DNA from: the human T2T-CHM13v2.0 reference genome, Homo sapiens
Length of the DNA stretch: 64,000 bases
NCBI RefSeq assembly: GCF_009914755.1
Contig: NC_060931.1
Direction: 5' to 3' (one strand)
A program made the position numbers and the translations under genes. Every line of letters begins with the position of its first letter. Position 1 is the stretch's first letter. This document shows, one piece after another, positions 57,841-64,000 of the stretch. A model generated the notes under the pieces. It did no database searches, had not been told where the DNA came from, and saw nothing but the letters and a program-made list of their open reading frames with translations.

Positions 57841-60377
57841 TTCCAGACTCTGAACTGTTGAAGGGAATTGATCCACAGCTATTTATCATAGCCCTAGTTA
57901 TCTATCCCACCTTGAGTAAGTACCCAACTTCATGTTTTTCATTTTATGGATGCATAATTTGTTTTGCGGTTTTTATAATCCACCTTGCTTCTGAAAGAGC
58001 TTCTTCCTTATATCTTATTATATTTTAAACAATATTTAGAATAGCAGCTTTAACAACAATATAAAATAGAGATTTCCAGGATTTGACCCACCTGGTACAA
58101 GGGAAAAGTAAGGGGAAGGAAGCCAGGGCTGAAGCTTAATGAGGAGTGGACTTGACTTTTCGCTGGGGCTATTTTCTGCCCTAAAGCAAGGACATCGCTT
58201 TTTCTAGCAAAGATTTTTTTTTTTTCTGTCATGAATAAAAATAGCCTTCTTTGTACAAAGCCAAAAATGTTTTTAAAATTACACTTTCAACAGTTTTAAC
58301 TCATTTTTCATTTCATTGTAAGTTCTTACTTTGTTCCTGCAAAGAATCCAACAGGAACATACTTATCAATCATCTCTTTCAAAGAGAGAGTATTGACATC
58401 TGAATTACATCTAAAATAGAGGGAGAGGGGATGAAGGGGAAAGTATGAATCAGTCTTAGAAAAACAACAGTAATTCTAAAGATCTAAAATTACTTGAGAA
58501 ATAGGGTCATCAAGAAAACATAAAAACCAGCAGCAACCATTTATCAAGATTGTGGCCAGCCAAAGTCTAAAACAAATGAACAAACAAGCAAACAAACATT
58601 GTTTCCTAAAAAATTAAAAAAAAAAACATCGGCTGCCTGTGACCAAGATTTTCCTCTTTGTGTTTTTAAAATCATACAGAAAATGAACCAAGAAGTACAG
58701 AGTTCACTTTTTAGATTTCTAATAATGATGTGACCTTTGGTTTCAGATCAGTTCTCATAAACATCTATTTTTCATTTTCAACATTACTGGTATCTTCAAA
58801 CAGTTCTACAATAAAATAATTCACAAGTACATGTAAATGATAGTTCTTTGGCATGTAAAATTGCTAGGCGATGTACTAGTTTTATATGCAAAATTTCATT
58901 TTCTTTGCACTATTTTCTTCGTAAATGCCCAGTAGCTTATGAAGGTAATAGAAATCCTCTTCTGCCATCTCAAATTACATGTCACAATCCCAAGAATTAG
59001 ATGCCAGAGAAAATTGCTACTCAGGAATATTATTTTGATTTTACTTTTAACAGTAAGCATTTCTTTGAATGTAGCCATTCCGTTGTTGATCTCATTTTTA
59101 GTGGCAGGGCAAATAAGCATATGTCAAAACATGGTGGAAACTTGTGCTGAGATCTAGATTGAACAAGGAGCAGGTGAAATGTCTACAAATTGTGGATTTT
59201 GGAAATGATAAATGCTTCATGGCCTACATGCCAGACAACTTTTAACTGGAGATAAAGCAGCAGGAATAGTTAAAGGAAAACACTACTCTTGTCATTAAAA
59301 AAAAAAAAACCAAACCCAAATAGTTAAATGTACTCAGTGGTTAATGTGCAAGGTACTGTGTTAATTTTCTTACATGCTTTATCTTGGTTAATTACCTATC
59401 TGATGTCTCTATTTTTGAAATTTTCAACACTTTTGATCCAATGTTCCATCAAACAGCATCTCTTAGTGGGTGCAAATTGGTTAAATAGTTAGGAAGAGCC
59501 AAAGGATGCAGCAGTGCCCTTGTCTAGCTCTTCATCCTAATAGTACCCAGTCACCTGGGGGAAGGCAATCTCCAGGACAAGCCCATCGTGCCTCTGATGT
59601 CTGTCTAGGTTTTCACACCACAGCACTGCAGAAACAGGGGCAGTCATTTTGCTAGATTTCATGCATTGTTCCCTTCTGAGGATTATGACATCTAGTAATG
59701 AATTGGTTAACACTGAGGAGGAATAGGAATGTTGATTTATGGATTTTCTGGAAAAATTGGGAAGTCAGGAAACATAAATTACTTTTTTTTAAACTTTTGT
59801 ACTCCCTACCCCCAACCCTTGCCCGCAGAAGTTTTAACTTTAAAGCAATGATAAAAATGAGAATTTTAAATTAGGACTTTAGCAATCACTCAAATAGAAA
59901 GAGTAAGCTGGTTTCAGAGTTCAGTAGAATTGAGGAAACTTCATATTTATTTTGCTTACTCGAGGATGAGCTCCTGCGGGGAAAGGACCCTAACAATCCC
60001 TATATTTATCCATTGCTTACAAGAATAACTAAGCTCATTTTTTAGTATATCCCATGGCTACTGATATAAAGTAAAATCTTACAATAATTTGAAACCTTTT
60101 TAATAATGGAGGCATTGGTAATCCTGAATGAAGGGTTTTTAGACTACCTTTCCTCATGTTTGCCTATATTGTTAGGAATTCACCAAGAGGTAAATCACTA
60201 CAGTCAGAAACCATGGTGAATATCTGCAGACATCAGTTGCCATGAGACATTCCTTGCTTGAAGCCTAAGAGGAGACAAATGTTTAAAATTATTGATTTTT
60301 GACTATTATTCATAAATTAGTCTCAAGCTGTCTAGTTTTGACTATTGTCTTTTTATTTTAAAATATTTGATATGTGA

Positions 60378-60714
<337 letters not shown>

Positions 60715-62353
60715 TCCATGACAGATATTTTAATGAAAGAGCCTAAATAAAATGTATGTCCAATGTTCTAAAAAATTACATGACTGTTGTTTGAAGTCAG
60801 CTGTGAACCAACACTAATTAGTCTATTTCTTTATAAAACAGAGCTAATCATTACAGAGTAAAAACTACAATATACAGACCAGATATCTTTGGAAGATGAA
60901 ACAAATCTATAATATCAAGGCAATAAAAAAACCCAAAACATAAAAACTAAAAATGTTGTTCAAAATGTTTATGCTTGTGAAATTTGCATTTTAAAATATT
61001 ATTGGTATAACTCCCATTTGAAAGCATTTTGTGTTTTTATGCAGTCTCATTAATCATGGCGTAGTGTACAGCTTTGAGATAAAATGAGTCTTTAAGAATG
61101 TGTGGGTCTTGTTCTTTAGTTAATGGAGAGTTATGAGGCTTTCAGAATCTGGTCATATTGATTAATCCTTTTAGTCCACACCACTACACTATGGAATAAG
61201 CAAGAAGTTACACCCTTCAGATAGGAACTCTCAGTAAGGGTAACGGGTTTACCAAGGTTACAGGGTTATAAATGCTGGAGTCCTTACAAGAAGCCAAGTC
61301 TTATTCATAATTCATTCTATTCCATAACACTTCTCTATTGTATAGTAAGAATAGCATAGTCTCTTAAAAGTCACTTCTACAGCTAAAATTTTATGATTCT
61401 GCCCTTCAGTTCCCTTATGTCTATAATGGACATAATACTTACCATACTTACTTGACTCAGTATTGCACATGATAATTCACACCAATGGCTTACTTAGGTA
61501 GTCAATATTCCAAGAGGGAAGTGGGACCTAATAGCCTGCAGTTTCCATGAGACTTGGAAAAGACTCAGGTGACTGGACCTGGCGGGAAATTTTCAGAACT
61601 AACTATTCAAGACACTGAGAAAAAGTAGAGCTCTGATCTCTCAAAGGTTAGAAAAGACTTACCATGTTAGCAGTGATAAAGACTTGCAATATGCAGTAGG
61701 TGGGTAGAAAAGAATATTCTATGAGGGCTTTGTGTCAAGTTTTGGAGTTGGGATAGAAAGGAAAAATGTCATAACTAAAAATATCAGTCTGATTAAAATT
61801 GTAACATGTGATATGTTATAACCATATTTACAAATGGTCTAGACCAGTAGTTTGGATGCTAAAAAAATTATCTTTCCCTGTGTCCTTTCATTTTTCTTTT
61901 TCTTTTTATTTTCCTCTCTTTTAATTTTTTTCTCCCTCATTCTCTTCTTCCTTTCTCTTCATCATTGGATGAAGGAAAGCCCTTCCCCTAACTCATCTGA
62001 ACAATTTTTAAAGCAAAAGAAGAGTTAGAACCATACTATCTGGGGTGATGTGTCTTGAGACAGCTATAGCAATAGCATCTACAGCCTTTCAAATCAAAGA
62101 GTTATAATTATAAGAGGGAGATTGTGCTCAGAGTTGGGGGCACAATTTGAGATACAAGCCACCTTATACCAGTAAGGATTACTTTCAACTCCAAGTAACA
62201 GAAAACTTGACAAACTAAAGAGCTTATGCACATCAAGGGTTTGTTTATCTTACTCAGTAAGAATCCATAAATGGGCCGTCCAGAGCTGGAGCTACAGTCC
62301 AGTGTAAGTGCGTTAAAGAAGGCAGGGCCCTCTATCTGCTCCGTCGTCTCTAG

Positions 62354-63512
62354 TGAATAAAGTACCTATTGCTGTCTAACAGCATCACCACACTGTAGGG
62401 GCCAAGGGAAAACTTCCCCTTTGTCCTCTGAAGATTTGCTGAAAAATCAACTGACAAAAGGCAGATTAATAGGAAAAATGGCATACAAATTTATTAGAGT
62501 GCATGGGGGGAATCATAGAGTGATGACCCCACCACACAATGGGGTACAGATGGTTATATACCTTACTTCTTCTTAGGGGAAAAGGAGATTGGAAAATGTG
62601 GATGATTTTAAGGGGGCTAGTAAATTATTTTTAGGGAAATTCAATGGGCTTGAAGAACATACAATGGCCTAGTACAAAGTCTGTTGGGCACACAGAGCAG
62701 ACAATGGTTTGTGAAAAAATTCTTTCCAGCTGTATTGACAGACTTCAGTCCTTCTCCCCCTGCATATCAGTTCAATTTATGAGAACTTGGGGAAGGGTCC
62801 AGAGGTAATTGTTTTCTTCTTTGATGGGTCCAGACTAGGCAGTCGGGGAAACTTCATGCCATGTTTTGAGAGTGAGAGAATTGAGAGATGGGAAGAGAGG
62901 AAGGTCAGAGAAATCTTGAGGCTTCTTCTTCAATTCAGCATATCAAAGCACCCTATGTCAGTTTCTGATCACCAACAACACATTTAACAGCTTAAAACAA
63001 CTCAAATTTATTATCTCACTTTCTGTGGGTCAGAAGGCTCCAAATGTAGTTTAACAGGGTCCTCTGCAGGACTGCAGTCAAGATGTTGGCCAGGCTGGGT
63101 CTTCATCCAAAGCTTAATGGGAAAGAGCTGCTTCCAAGCTGTCATGGTTACTGCAGGCGTACCATTCCTCATGGAGCATTGATTGGACTGAGGGCCTCTG
63201 TTTTTTGCTGGCTCTTGGCTGGACACAACTCAGAGTTTTCAGTTGGTTCTTGGACAGACGCTGCCCTATATTCCTTGCCACATGTACCTCCCCAACATGG
63301 CCTCTTGCTTTGTCAAAGCTAACAAGAGAGAGTCCCTCAGTGAAACAGATGTTACAATCTTAATCACAAGAGTACTGTCTTAACACGTTTACTATTCTAT
63401 TGGTTAGAAGCAAGTCACGGATCCTGCCAATACTCAAGGGGAGAATACATGAGGGCACGAAGACCAGGTGGTGGGAATTATGGTTCCATCTTAGAATCTG
63501 TCTGCTCTACCC
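62354..63512 (-). mobile_element. MLT1E/F-like LTR, middle element
   Basis: ctattgctg..accacac|atttaacagcttaaaacaa..tttattatctcac..ttctattggttagaagcaagtcac. Confidence 0.75.
62394..62977 (-). mobile_element. MER39B/LTR29-like MER4-group LTR, inner element
   Basis: tgtaggg..aagggaaaacttcccctt..aaatcaactgacaaaaggcagattaatagg..ccaaca; TSD acac. Confidence 0.72.
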
Positions 63513-64000
63513 AGCATGGGCACAAGATGGCTATTACACCTCCAGACACCCCATGTCCCAGGCAGGAAGAAGGAGAACGGGGATCTGCAGTACCAGAAGA
63601 CTTCCCTTACACATCATTGGTCAGAACTGTGTTGCACAGTCAGGCCAGCTCAAAGGCAGTCCAGAAATTCTAGTGTTTTGGATCTACATCTATAGCAGGG
63701 GCAGCCAAGAAGCGTTGGAAACAGAGCTTGTTATGTTAGCTAACCCACAGGGCCTGCCACTTATTCCAAAGGAAGACTATTATGGCTGGGCATGGTTTGG
63801 AAGAGAAATTGCAATCTTTGAACTGGAAGGAAAATATTTGTGTGACTGAGGTTTTAGTGATTTCACAAATGAGGATTACAAGACATGAGATGACTTGACA
63901 TGACCACAGTGTGATGTGATTTATTTTTTCTACCTCTCAGGCAGCTGTGGCCTGGAGAAATGAAGAGCTATATATATACATATGGGGGTTATAAAGCAAT

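Larger units (their letters stand above)
62167..63761 (-). mobile_element. MLT1J-like LTR, outer element in two parts
   Basis: caagtaacagaaaac.. up to 62353; resumes cacaagatggct..ctccagaca..cattggtcagaactgtg after 63513. Confidence 0.62.

Noticed and set aside
63400-63849. 149-aa ORF
   Set aside because: Non-ATG start; runs across MLT1 LTR junctions; no homology recognised.

Overview
Repeat-rich primate nuclear DNA, most likely human: a minus-strand Alu at 27766-28038 carries AluYb8-type diagnostic sites. It reads as intergenic or deep-intronic sequence. I find no supportable protein-coding gene, structured RNA gene, CpG island or CRISPR-like array, and nearly every ORF in the supplied track lies in an Alu, L1, LTR or DNA-transposon fossil. 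The window holds about 29 Alu/FLAM copies (22 on the minus strand) and several L1s, including an internally deleted L1MA4-like element that splits an MLT2B LTR. It also holds a Tigger1 fossil with four nested retro-insertions, a cluster of MER4-group ERV1 solo LTRs (three MER66-like, plus MER50, MER34 and MER39/LTR29-like), hAT MITEs and microsatellites. I did not find a new biological system. The leads most worth checking are several fold-back/template-switch scars (best: a perfect 35-bp inverted duplication at 362-481), a possibly polymorphic AluYb8, a TSD-less Alu truncating Tigger1, closely spaced inverted Alus, and candidate + strand exons and enhancer motif clusters in TE-poor unique DNA (about 2.9-3.2 kb, 23.2-23.5 kb and 32.6-32.7 kb). 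Repeat subfamily names come from recalled consensus sequences and need RepeatMasker/Dfam confirmation.
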